A stretch of DNA of 64,000 nucleotides, from contig CM126207.1 of assembly GCA_052327205.1 (NCBI GenBank), positions 249,674,001 through 249,738,000 on the forward strand, in the 5' to 3' direction. Below, one piece after another: positions 11,154 to 23,339 of the stretch; the first letter of the stretch is position 1, and each line of letters opens with the position of its first letter. Source of the stretch: Somniosus microcephalus (lineage: Eukaryota). The notes beneath the pieces were generated by a model. It did no database searches and was not told where the DNA came from. It was given only the letters and a program-made list of their open reading frames with translations. A program made the translations under genes and the position numbers.

Positions 11154-14100
11154 TACATTTTGGGGAAAAAAATGAAAGAATTAAAAGCACCTCCGACTAC
11201 ATGTACCATAGTACTGATTCCGTCTCTATAGGAAAATGCTGCACAAATTAAAAATGAAAACAAAATGTTTTAAAAGATTGTTCCTCCCCCCGAACCATTT
11301 TTTTCTCTTTTCTGAGGGATGGAGATTCCAAACATTTTAAAGTAGCAATTTGTGATTTAAAGTAGTTTTGATGTTTTCTTCTCAAGTCCCTCAGGAAGAA
11401 CTGAGCACAACATGTCACAAACCTTCACTTTCGAACAATAAATAAATAAACTCACTAAAACATACCAGTGGCCAGACAACTGTAGCATAAGTAATTTAAA
11501 AGGGTAAGACATGCCAGATAAATTTGATGACAATAAAAGATGGGGATATATTTTTTCCCCTCAGAGAATTGACAGAAATGGACACAAAACAAAAAGCAAG
11601 GCAAAGCGAATGATTTCATTTTGTCTTCAATTCCAGACAAAATTCACAAGTAATTTTGGCTGAGCATTTTATCACAATTTGACACCTTTTCCACATGTCC
11701 CAATCATTAATTTCAGAAAGAAGCCTGGCCTGAGATGATAATTTTTTTTTGTACCAGCAGAAAATTTGTGAATCCATTCCAAAGTCGAGCCTACCGCTGC
11801 GAGTATGATTTGCTAAAAGCAGCTAACGGCATACTCTGAAACCCAGCAGGGCCACTTGCAAGCAGTCCCTGATTAGCAGCTTAACAGAGCCAGGAGCTTG
11901 GGAAAATTCATTCCTCTTTCACCTGCTGCCTAGATTCTGCTCCCTGACTAGATACAGTGGTCAGCAAAGTCTGGCATTGACCAAGAAAAATGGTAAAAAA
12001 AAAGATATTGCTCTCAATATTTTCAAAGGTTTACCTTGACATAAGATTTAACCCTATGTGGGCCACAGCTGTATTTCTGAAACAAAAAAAAAAGTCCAGC
12101 TCATGTTCTGGTCAAGACTACAGTGGTTTTATTCCCCATTTAAGATAAAATATTAAACGTTGTGAAATTAAAAAATGCCTTCATTCTGTGCAATTGAAAG
12201 CTACGTGAATACAATTTCCCCCCCCATTCTTTTAGTTTTGTATACTATTCCTATGCTCACATTAGAATGCTTTCTCTAATGATGCTTTATATTTTTGGCC
12301 AAAGAAAGTAAAAAAAAAAGAAAATGAAAGAGAAAGCAAACATTTTAAATCCTTCAATGGTCAATAATTCTAAATGCCATTTGAAACCTTTCTATTTGTT
12401 AGGAAAACACCACACAGGGAATGGTCTGGTTTACTGTTTACCCATATCACTTCGCTTTTTATGACTGATATTTGCACCTTTTCCCCCCCCTCAAAAAAGT
12501 TAAGTTGTAAGCTGTAGATGAACGATTAAAAGTACTTAATTCGCAAAACATTCAAGGCTACCAATATACATTATTCTCATCTGCTTTTAAACATTCCAAT
12601 GAAGCATCTTTTTTTAGATGAAATATTTATATTGTGTCATGTTTTATTCTGTGACCTGCCACACAAAATATGCAGTTTGTACATTGCAACCCAGCCCCAT
12701 GCCTCTTGATTGTTCTCATATAGCAAATGCAGCTTTATCAAATAAAAACAATAAACAAGAATATTTGAATCTCTCATATATATTACTATAATAAAATAAC
12801 TTAGCAGAGATTTATTACACATTTACAAGGAGAGAAAAAAATGATCAAACTTTATGATAAAATTACTCTGTGACTAGTATTCTATCACTGGTTCTCAGCC
12901 CTTTTCGAGATGCTGAATGATAAGAATACTGTCACCTTGCTGGATCTGCTGTTTATTAGCAGATTAATGGGAACATCTGTCTATGAGAACATCTGTCTAA
13001 TGGCAACCAATCATTTTCCTATACATTGTATAGCACTTACTCAATTGGGTAAAAAGGAAACATTTTGCTTGCCACAGGGTGTTCTCTATGAAAAGGCTTC
13101 GAGTGCACTAACTTTATGAAATGGAGACCAGTTCAACCATTTTGTTGTGGAGGTTAGACGCTCATTCAATTTGTTATATGTTTCATTTTTTTGCCCACAA
13201 TCTTTATCAGCACACCCCATCCTCATTATAATGGTCTCTTGTTTTCCCCTGTTGTACCTCAGCATCACACTTTTTCATGTTGCATTTTATGTCTTTGTAA
13301 GTACACAAGTACAGTACGTTATTTATGACACACTGCTCGGTTAGGTACTCTTCCAAATCAAAGAAGATTGTACTGAATTATTAACAAAAGAAAACACACA
13401 ATGTATTGCACACACCATGACATCTCATGCTATGCTGATTCACTGCAAGTAACAGATTGATCAATTACATATTTTAATTCACAGAAATATAAATAACAAA
13501 TTAATTGCGACGGCACCTTGCCAGCTAGCGCTGGAATGTTTTGTACAATTTGACACAGAAGTTCAGAACCCTATTCCACAAAATAGAAGACGGTGTTACA
13601 ATAAAAGCAATATTGGAAAGTCGTCTTAACTTTATTAGCTGGCATTAAGTATGGGCTGAAAAATATTTGAATGAGTTAAGGGTTAATCCAGTGCAATATT
13701 AAAGACACATTAAACTACAAAAATGTTACAGAATCTTGTTAACATATCAAAATATTTGATTAATCATTTCATAATCAATAGAGGATGGATTGACTGAACT
13801 TTATTTAACTGAACTTTATTTAACTTGATGACAAATAATTTCTCATCTTTCTAAAATAGAATGATTATTTTGTATTCATATTTAAAGCATAGTGTTGTTT
13901 TTTTAGGTAAAGGTCTTGTTACTTTAACTCACTAATTAAGAGTATGCAGATAACTCAATCTGAAGCATTACACATTTATCTGTATGAGTACAAGAAACTC
14001 ACTGATGAAAGATACACTTCTGTTGAACGATTCCTGAAGCAATACCTTTTCTCACTGTTATGCCTTTTATGTCCTCCCGCTCCCAGATATTGCACTGTCA

Positions 14101-15267
14101 ATCAGTACTTCTAGACAATGGGCAAATTTTGTGCAATACTGGATCTGTTACAGTGGATACCAAATATGAAATGGCCAATACCTGGTAAATTTGGTACTGC
14201 CTGTTCATTATATTTCTTTGAAATGATGCATTGCAAATTACAGTTTTAATGTTGTTAAATGGTAGACAACCTGGCACTCTGTAGCATGTGACAAAGGAAA
14301 TTCAACACGCTAAGGTTAAAGCTAATGGGCCATCTTATCACTTCATTCACCATCTCTTTTTATTGAATTATTAAAGAATCAATCATATGAAAATTCCTGC
14401 TGCAGAATATCAAACTCTTAGCATCAGTGTCTTTGAAAGAACTTTATTTAAAACATATAATAATGATCTGACGTGTATTTTATTGTTAAAAAAAATCCAC
14501 TTAAACACCAGTGTTACCTTCAATCCTGGCTACAGATTCCTCAAGGAAGCCACATGCATAAATAGGTAATGCCCTGCCATTCAGAGCATGTTTCACAGCA
14601 AAGTTACACAAGTCACTGAGAAGCTTACTCAAATTCTTGTATTTGCCATACTGTGAAACCATAACTGGCTAGCAAGATTTCCATGCACATGTTCCTAAAT
14701 TCTAATGAATAGCACAATATACAGATAAGACTCATGCCTTTAGAGATGACATTTTATATATTTTCTTGCACCCAGAAATTCTAGTGAAAGCGTATGGCTT
14801 ACCAGAGTTTATTCATACATTGGGGAATCTCCAGCATTTCTGAACTACAGTGCAATATAAAAATAGTGATGCAATGCAGTACCTACACCTTCGTGACTTT
14901 CTTTTATTTCTACCATAGCCCCGTGGCTTTATTAACTCCTAAATTCCATCGCTACAATCTCTCCAAAGCACCTGACTACAAAGGTTTGAGCACAGGTACA
15001 TGCTAAGCATCAAGTAGACTGTTTTCTGAGGACACATTTGGGTTATTACAAAGAAAATTCTTACAAGGCTTTTCAGCTCTTCATTCTGCATTTTATGCCG
15101 TGTTATGTTGCAGACAGTCATTCTAAATGTACATTTCATCATTATTGACTGAAAGGACTATGCTGAAATGAGATGAGATACATATTTCCCAAACTAGGTG
15201 GTCTCCCATTATTCAGCTGATATGCTGTTTTCTAATGACAGGAGTGTTATATCATATAACACACAAT

Positions 15268-15988
15268 GGCCTAGAAATTCGGTGGCGCCGCGTTTGGGGC
15301 GCCAAGCTTGCCTGGGCGCCGGAATTTGCGCTCCGGCCAGAGCCGCTTGCGCCCTCCCGATATTCAGTGGGAGCGCCCCAAGAGGGACTCGGGGCACTGC
15401 TCGAGGCTCCCCGCGTCCCGCTTGGGGCGCTCAAACTGAATATCGCCGCGCTACGTGCCACAGCGCCACATGCTGTGGCACGGCATGCTGCTGTACTGCA
15501 GGCCTTCCTCCCCTTCTTAAGGGGGAGGGGCCTGCACCAGCACGATCACCGATCGCGAGTGCCAGCAAAAGAGCCCGACACCGAGGAGAAGTGCCGGGCT
15601 TTTGGGACACAGCCAGCACTGCCCGGGGGGTGGATCAGGAGGCCAGGGAGGGTGGCGCGAGGAGGTGCTGGCAGGCGGCCACCGGAAAAAATGGCCGCCA
15701 CGCACCTCCACCTTAATTTGCGACACTACCGCCACAGGTAGGCCCTGTGAACTGGTCGCGATTTGCGACCGGCGTTACAGAGGCGGGCGCGACCAAATAT
15801 CGCAATCGGGGGCGGGAGCGGGGCGCTGCGCACACCAATGACGTCATCGGTGGCGGCGCAGCACTACAAGCTAACGCCGCCATTAGCGCCCCGCTAAATA
15901 TCACGGGAGGCGTGGCCAGTGGCGCTAAAGCCACTGAGTGCCCTCTTTGGGCGCTAACTGGTGGCGCAGCCCACTGAATTTCTAGGCC
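15268..15988. mobile_element. CpG-rich PIF/Harbinger MITE
   Basis: AAT|GGCCTAGAAATTC ... GAATTTCTAGGCC|AAT: perfect 13-bp TIR and 3-bp TSD; TGACGTCA at 15839-15846. Confidence 0.92.
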
Positions 15989-16352
15989 AATGTGTTATAA
16001 CATAGCCAGTGGATGTCCTGTGGTGGTGTTCTTGCATTTCTATGGGTGGGGCATGCTACTGGTGAAGGATGGGGGTCAGATCTGTGAGAGAGAATGATGC
16101 AGGGTTTGGCGTGTTGTTATAGGTTGGAGTTTGGAAAGAATGAAAAAAAAAGGATTGGTACCATTTGGCTGCGAATGTGGGAAGAAAGAATTAAATAAAT
16201 AGATAGAGCCGAGGCATCGAAGAAGTAAATAAAAGTAACTGAAAAGTAGGTAAGAATAGCTTGTGCTGGAAAGAATAAAATAAAATAAATACAACTGGGC
16301 AGACTGTAAAGATTTTTTTTTAAAGTAAGACCACCAGAGAGCACATAGATCG

Positions 16353-16375
16353 ATCAATCAATCAATCAATCAATC
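16353..16375. repeat. (ATCA)n microsatellite
   Basis: About 6 tandem ATCA units. Confidence 0.9.
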
Positions 16376-17145
16376 GATTGATATAAACAACCCCAGATGG
16401 TAGGAGTGAAATAAAGAAACTGAAGTTCCCAAATTGATTAAATTAAGAGGAGCACCAAACGAGACAAGGAATTAAATAAATACATGGAAATAAATGGCTG
16501 AGCCTGCAAAGAATGAAATAAACAGGAAGCAGTGAGCCGAAAAGATTTAAATAAAGACGTAGGAACAGTTCAGCCTAGAAAGAATGAGAAAAATATCACT
16601 GGCAAAAGTTTGAAGAATACAATACATAAATGTCGCAGGTGCCAGCACTGAGGTGGTGCATGTTCAGAGGCCTGAGAAACAGGCTTATCCGAGGCACAGG
16701 ATTCAAGCTCCAGGAAGAAAGCAAAAGGCGAGCACGAGGTTCCTGAGAAAAGGGGTTTCCACAGGTGAAAATTGTTTTAGGTATTGGAAGAGGAGATAGA
16801 TAAATAAGTTTATGAGCAAGTTTCTGTGATTTTTTTAACCTAGAATTAAAAATTGTTTTCAATATTATGTTTAATTCTTTGAGGTATGGATTGTCTTGGG
16901 TGGTGAACCAGCAAGGCTACTCGAAGGACTTGTAAAGTTAATTTGAGGGATTTAGTTGAATCTTTTATTGTAGGTGGGAATATTTTGAGGTAGTGGTGTC
17001 ATGGTTTGTCTTTTTTTGATTAGCCGCTGTAAAAACTGAGTCTGTGTGCTTCACCTGCCACAAAATCTTTGATGATGTATTTGTGAGCTCCCATGGCATT
17101 GTTCATGGTGAGCAAAGGATATGACAGTGGTATGTGAAAGATATG

Positions 17146-17617
17146 GGGCCATAATTTGCTGTAAAAATGAATCTAACGATGCCTGCCATTAGTTAGATTT
17201 GCCCTTTCCTGTTTAATTGCGGCGATATTTTACGCCGCAAATTGCTGACAGTGCAAGATGATAACGGCGCTGCGAGGGAAACCGGACTTCATTAAATATA
17301 CGGGGACCTTAAATGGCTTCCAAGCCGGCTCCTTGCATCACTCCAGACCAGCTCTAACTTTCTGTGGTGAGTTTAGTTCATAGCTACCGCACAAATACAG
17401 CGACTTTACGCCACTCAACGCGTTTCAACGGCGAGGCAGACGGCGAGATGCAATTTTCTGAAAGCTAACAGTGGAACGATGCATCTGGGACAGCAACCTT
17501 TGGCTTTTTGCGTTTAATCGCTCATCTGCCCCTCGCCTGAAGTTGCTGTAGCGTTTGCATATAAATAACGGCAAGCGCCATTAGCCTCACCGTCATTTTG
17601 ACAGGAAATTCTGGGCC
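17146..17617. mobile_element. PIF/Harbinger MITE
   Basis: ATG|GGGCCATAATTTGCTGTAAAAATG ... CATTTTGACAGGAAATTCTGGGCC|ATG: TIRs and 3-bp TSD. Confidence 0.85.
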
Positions 17618-18060
17618 ATGGTGAGAGACGGGAAAGCAGTTGAACAATGGTTTTTGATTGGCCCAATCAGAAGTATCTGACAAAGGTTGTAGATGCACTA
17701 ACAGTATGATGCATGCTAAACACAAGTTATATGTACATGCTTGATACAGTTCTTATTAATTCAAATAATATATCTTAACATATTTTTCAGGATATATGCA
17801 ATTCCAACAATTGTGTTAATTTTAAAACAAATTTCCAAAAAATGCTACCAGCAAACACAAATCAAACTTTTGAGTAGGAATTTGAAAATATTTGATGAAT
17901 AAAACATACCTAATAGTTCTCAACGTTGTCTGCTATTGAAAAAGCTCGTGTATATAAGATGCAACTTTTGTAGCACAGCATATGTTGCAGAGTGGAAGCA
18001 ATGTCATACTGAAGTCAACAGTCCAAATAAAGTTAATACATAGCGAATGACTTGGAGGGA

Positions 18061-18185
18061 CAGGGCTATGGGGAAAGAGCAGGGGAGTGGGACTAATTGG
18101 ATAGCTCTTTCAAAGAGCCGGCACAGGCACGATGGGCCAAATGGCCTCCTTCTGTGCTGTAAAATTTGATGAATCAATGATTCTA
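18061..18185 (+). mobile_element. CR1/HER1 LINE 3' tail
   Basis: GGCACAGGCACGATGGGCCAAATGGCCTCCTTCTGTGCTGTA...GATTCTA, the characteristic CR1/HER1 3' end. Confidence 0.85.
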
Positions 18186-18289
18186 AGAGGTGCAGAAGAC
18201 ATTACAGCTGTAAAAGTGAAATTACAGCTTTCACTTTCAGCCCAACCAGCCCATTAGCTTTTCTTTTTACAGCCTTATCAACGTGAAGT

Positions 18290-18715
18290 GCTGCCTTTAA
18301 TGTCTTGTGAACTTGTATCCCCAAATCCCTCTGCTCTTCCATAGCACCAAGTCTGTCTGCTTCCATTCAGAGCATAATTACTACTGTTATTTTTCTTAAC
18401 CAAAATTGATCACCTCCCACTTACTGACAGTGAATGCTACTGCCCACTTTTTAGCCCGTTCCACCATCATATCAGTATCCCTTTGCAGCTTCCTTTGGTC
18501 TTCTAAAGAATTAACTATACCTCCTATTTAGGCATCATCTGCAAATTTCAACATCACTCCCTCTAAGCTTATATTCAAATCATTGATATACAGAGCGAAC
18601 AGAGCTGGTCCCAGAACTGAACCCTGTGGGACACCACTACCCACTTCCAAAGGCTCCGAAAAACTTCCCTTAATTCATACTCTGTTTTCTCCCTTCTAAT
18701 CAATTTTTAATCCTG
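18290..18715 (-). mobile_element. CR1 LINE reverse-transcriptase fragment
   Basis: Minus strand reads GVPQGSVLGPALFALYINDL...KFADD (RT core motifs). Confidence 0.85.
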
Positions 18716-18984
18716 TTTTCTATCCTCCTCCAAATTCCTTGTCTGCATAAAGCCTCTCTACAGCATGGATTTTTATTATCCCTTTCTCATGATTCTTTTG
18801 TCTAAGCTATCCCCTATATTTACATCAGTCTTTTCCCAGTTTATAACTGGTCCATTTAACTTTATTCCTCTACTCCATATCCCTCTTACTGGATAGTTAT
18901 GTGCGTGACTAATATCCTCATCTGTTTCTCCCTTCACTATCAGCTGATCCTGTTGGATTTAATTTTCCCAGTGCCCCCTCCTTC

Positions 18985-19480
18985 CCAGTTTAAATCCCTA
19001 ATTCCCTACTGAACATGTTGCCAGTACATGGGCACAACCCCTGTTCAGATGTAGCCAAGTCTTGCAGAATAGCTCCCATCTGTCCCAGAATTGGCTTCAT
19101 AGCCCAACAAATTGGAATCCCTCTTCTTGACACCACATCTTTAGACATGCATTGATTTCCCTAATCTTCTTGTCCTTCCCTATTCTAGCACATGGTTGGG
19201 GAAGTAATCCTGAGATTACCACCTGTGAAGTCCTGCTCTTAAACTTGTTTCTTAAACTCATAAATGCATTTTTGCAGGATATCAGGCCTTTCTTCACCTA
19301 CATTATTAGTTCCTATATGGACCACAATAACTGTTTTTCCCCTCCCCTTTTCCAGTCTATGTAATATGTCCTGTATCCTCGAACCTGCAAGGCATCAAAG
19401 CATCTGGAACTGTTGGTCCGGATTGCGAAAGATCATGGCAGCTTGTCTAACTATTGAATCTCCTATCACTACTATGCTAA
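18985..19480 (-). mobile_element. CR1 LINE ORF1 (SGNH/GDSL esterase) remnant
   Basis: KSRTSQVVISGLLPQP..R..KDKKIREINACLKMWCQEEGFQF matches the CR1 ORF1 esterase. Probably the same deleted element as 18290-18715. Confidence 0.8.
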
Positions 19481-20905
19481 AATACCTGTTACTTTTTATA
19501 GTTACTATTTATTCCTTCGGTTTGGAAACTGTCAGTTACTAAATGGCATGTAGAGTTTTTCTAGGTCATCAAACTATGGGGAAGGTGATGTTGCTAATTG
19601 GGCATTACATATCGACATAAGAAGGTGTGTTAATTGGCTAGTGACTTGTAGAAAAGTATTAGGTGCATCTAGAAATTTGGTTATTTTTCACCCTGTGTAT
19701 TTGACAAGGCCATATATAATTGATAATATCCAAATAGTTTACAGTGTTTCCAAAACTGTGTTTTTAATACTGCATTTGATACAGAGAAAATGCATGAAAT
19801 TAAATCAGGTAAGCCCTTGCCAAAATTCCTGTATTACTTTATTGGAGAAAAAAAGTATGATATACTTCATATTTGGAAGTCTACCTTCCATGCACATCTC
19901 TTAACTCTCTCCCCACCAGTGAACCAGGAGATACAATTTTGTTTAGTAATGTAACACACCAAGGCAATGGCTTCTCCTCACAATTTTAATATATTCTTTT
20001 CTGCAACTTCATACAGGGTGCATCAACCAACTATGCCTTTAATGTGACTGAACCACCATATACTACAAATGATTAAGGAATCGCTTCTTGCATGCTGCTC
20101 TCGAGTCAGTTGGACGCGGTCCGCAACATGACAAACAAAACTGGTGACAAGAGTAGCAGACTGCGAGTGGCAGGCCGCTCACTGTGCCATTTTAGATCTT
20201 GGAAACACAGCAATCAGAAAGAATTTGAGAGAAAACAGTGGGAGTTCTAAAACCCAGCTAATCTGGCAGTTCTGATGGTTTTCTTATTATGTGTAATTCA
20301 GGCATGATTTTCCTGTAAAAATCATGCAAAATGCAGAATAAAAGAGGACCTGTGGAAGCACTATTATATTGTCCTATAAAGAGCTCAGTTTATCAGTTTT
20401 TCCCCTACGCTCCACTCATGATTTTCTTAAAATACTATATAACCTTTGCGCAAGACCTGTAAATGAAATATATCCTTTTATCCAGAATATAAGGATAACT
20501 ATTCCCATTAAAATAAGGTCCCTCTCCTCCATCCATTTTGTACATTATGTTCTGTTGCCTCACAGTAACCCACACCACATGCCATTCCCGAGCTCAGAAT
20601 TCCCAGTAAAGCAATTTATTCTCAGGCTTCTGTCAATACCACTTGAACTAAAAGGAGATGCACTAGAGCAGTATGAGTTAACTCATTCTTAGATTGTTTT
20701 GCTCCCTCATTCTGGAGAAGGCACAATGCCTCTACTCAGCACCTTCCATAGAAGGCATGGCTAAGACTGCAATTTATGTGTATGATGAATTACATGTGAA
20801 CCAACATGCTAACATTCCACAGAATAGCACACAATCTCACAAACTGAGTTGCAATATCGCAAGCAGATTCCACAAATTGAAAAAAATATACACACAGTTT
20901 ACTTT

Positions 20906-21613
20906 GGCCCGGAATTTGCGGTTGTAATGACGCGAAACTGTCAACGTTCGCTGTCAGTACTGTGTAAAACTGTGACAGCAACGTCTGGCATCCACATGTC
21001 CGCAGTTAAACGGTGAAATCCAGAAGTTGCTGTCAGCGATACCCTGCTCCTCCACAGGGTGCGCTGTTGCAGTCTTCGCAGATGCAATCAACACAGAATC
21101 AGTGATTTGACGGGATCTTCAACTTTTTACGCACTATTCTCACTGTAAAAACCATTGAAAAAGTTAAGTTGAATGCAGTGTAACTGAGTTTTTAACGACA
21201 TACCATGTCATAATTACTGCTGAACAACCTCTCTGGCCCTGAAAAACTAATTTATTAAGTGTGGAGTGTCATTCCCTCCATCCCATGATAAAAAATTCCA
21301 TAGATTTTTAAAAGAATCCCATTTGTATGTCTCAATCTTTATTTTGTTTTCTGTAAAATGATTAAAAAGTAAATGATAAAACCTGCTTTTTACTTCCTGG
21401 TTTGCTGTCTGTGAGAATTCTTCAATGTGATTGGCTGCTCAGCTTGCTTGATGACATCACTGTTGCTGAACGCTATAGCTCCCCTATAGATGGCACCGGG
21501 TGGAAAGTCACGTTGGAAAAGGGGAAATCGATACCACAGAGCCCGCTAAAACTTTGTGGACAGCTTTCTTTGAGGAAAGCGGTCACTTCGCCGCTGACCG
21601 CAAAATCCGTGCC
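20906..21613. mobile_element. PIF/Harbinger MITE
   Basis: GGCCCGGAATTTGCGGT ... ACCGCAAAATCCGTGCC TIRs with an AT-rich core. Confidence 0.8.
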
Positions 21614-21919
21614 AATGTCTCTTTACCCCTTCTCTGCTCCACATCATTTTCCCTCCCCTCTCTACCCCAGACAAATAAATCTACTACCTTTGTCAAATTG
21701 CCAGCCTGCAGATATATCCATTGACACCATCAATGCTGCTTCTCGATTGACTTGCCAGGAAGCAGGATTGAGTGATGTTGAAAGAGATCCCATTTGATGT
21801 ACCTTCTCCCTTTATCCCAAACAATCCAGACAAGACTGTGAAACAATCCCTCGGGAAAGTTTAAGTGTAACTGCCAGTTTTTACACTTGGGACTCTCCAG
21901 TTCAGAGTCAACACTGGTA

Positions 21920-22130
21920 GCAAGAAAACCAAAATGCTGGATATACACAGCTGGCAGATCAGCAGCTGAGAAAAGTAAAGGCAGGTTAATGTTTCAGGTG
22001 TTTGACCTTTTATAAGAAAGCTGACAGAACAGTCTCTACCATGAAGTTAACCCGTTTTCTCTCTTTAGATGCTGACTGATTTACTGCGCACTTCCAACAT
22101 TTGCTTTTATTCCAGCTTTCCAGAATTTGT
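21920..22130. mobile_element. Decayed Penelope pLTR inverted-repeat relic
   Basis: AAAATGCTGGA...GTTAATGTTTCAGGT...GTTAAC...GATGCTGACTGA...TTCCAACATTT; homologous to 46498-46730 and to the end of the Penelope element at 54176. Confidence 0.65.
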
Positions 22131-22972
22131 ACTTTTTTTCACTTTTTAACTGCCATTGGAACGACCAATCATCTTCCCAATAGAAACATCAATTCTACAT
22201 TTTCACTAACAAGGTTTGAAAGGATCACTGCTTTCAAAACAGTTACTTTGAGAATTTTGACATGTGTCCTTGTGATACAAAAACTTACTGCATAGTTCAC
22301 GCACACAATTATACATGAGAAACACAGCCATGTATTATTTCCCTTTGAAAGTGAATTCTTTCCTTAAGAACCTGTCACAGTAATAAACTGCATACCTTAA
22401 TCATGGTAATGTGGAAAACAATGCTTCAGATAAATTAAATGAAGCATTTTATGCTTACAATTAGTTTTATTAAATGGATGTTTTAGTTAAAAAATAGCTC
22501 ATTTATCCATCCCGAATTCAAGAAAATGTACAGGTATAACAATGCCATATACATGAATGATGAGGTCTGTATTACTGGCTTAATGAATAAAAATCTCCTG
22601 TGGATTTTAATAGCTTCAATATTCTTACCAGATATAAATCACGTACAAATATTGGGGTTTATTAGCTATTAAATCATCACAAAACAGTTAAATACACACA
22701 TACCACTTTAACAAAATTTGTATATCAATTGTTTTCTGCTTGCTTTCAACAAAATCAATGCACAAGTGGACTTAAGTGATGAAACAACACATTTGTTTCT
22801 CCAAGTCATGTCATGCCTATTGTATAATACAAGACTGCTAATAAACTTTTGATGTACTTTGTACAGGCAACAATGGTGTGTACACAACTTATATAAATGC
22901 ACATGTTTTTAGATTTATTGGATCAACAATACAGAACTTCATTTTTTTTTCCTCCATGAAAACATTTTAAAA

Positions 22973-23002
<30 letters not shown>
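22973..23002. repeat. Compound (TC)n(TA)n microsatellite
   Basis: Directly visible. Confidence 0.9.
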
Positions 23003-23003
<1 letters not shown>

Positions 23004-23339
23004 TAATTGCCGTATCATAGAAACCATTCATATTTCTTTGAGTATGTGTTTTTTTATGTAATCCCTATATGCTCGGATTTAATTTTGCTTCATAAAATGT
23101 CACACTTTCCCCCACACAAATAACAACCTTTGTCCTCTGCAACCTTTGTTTGAGGGTTTCAAGCACAAAACATTTAAAACAATTTCTCTATGGCAAGTTA
23201 AAGCAATAAATCGGGCACAACTTCAGCCCACCTTTTCCCATATAATACAGAGAATGACAAGCATGACTGTTCATTTTACAACATCAATCATTCCAAATGA
23301 AATAATTAAAACTCCAGACAAAAGTCACTGGAGAATTTC

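Noticed and set aside
13793-13824. 15-bp tandem duplication ACTGAACTTTATTTA x2
   Set aside because: Ordinary slippage duplication with no further structure.
15198-15977. Cluster of overlapping 60-170 aa ORFs (also at 26177-26610, 35876-36567, 57061-57665)
   Set aside because: They coincide with GC-rich MITEs, where stop codons are rare, and have no recognisable domains.
15268-15988. CpG islands as host-gene promoters
   Set aside because: The strongly CpG-rich patches are bounded by TIRs and TSDs, so they are transposon-derived.
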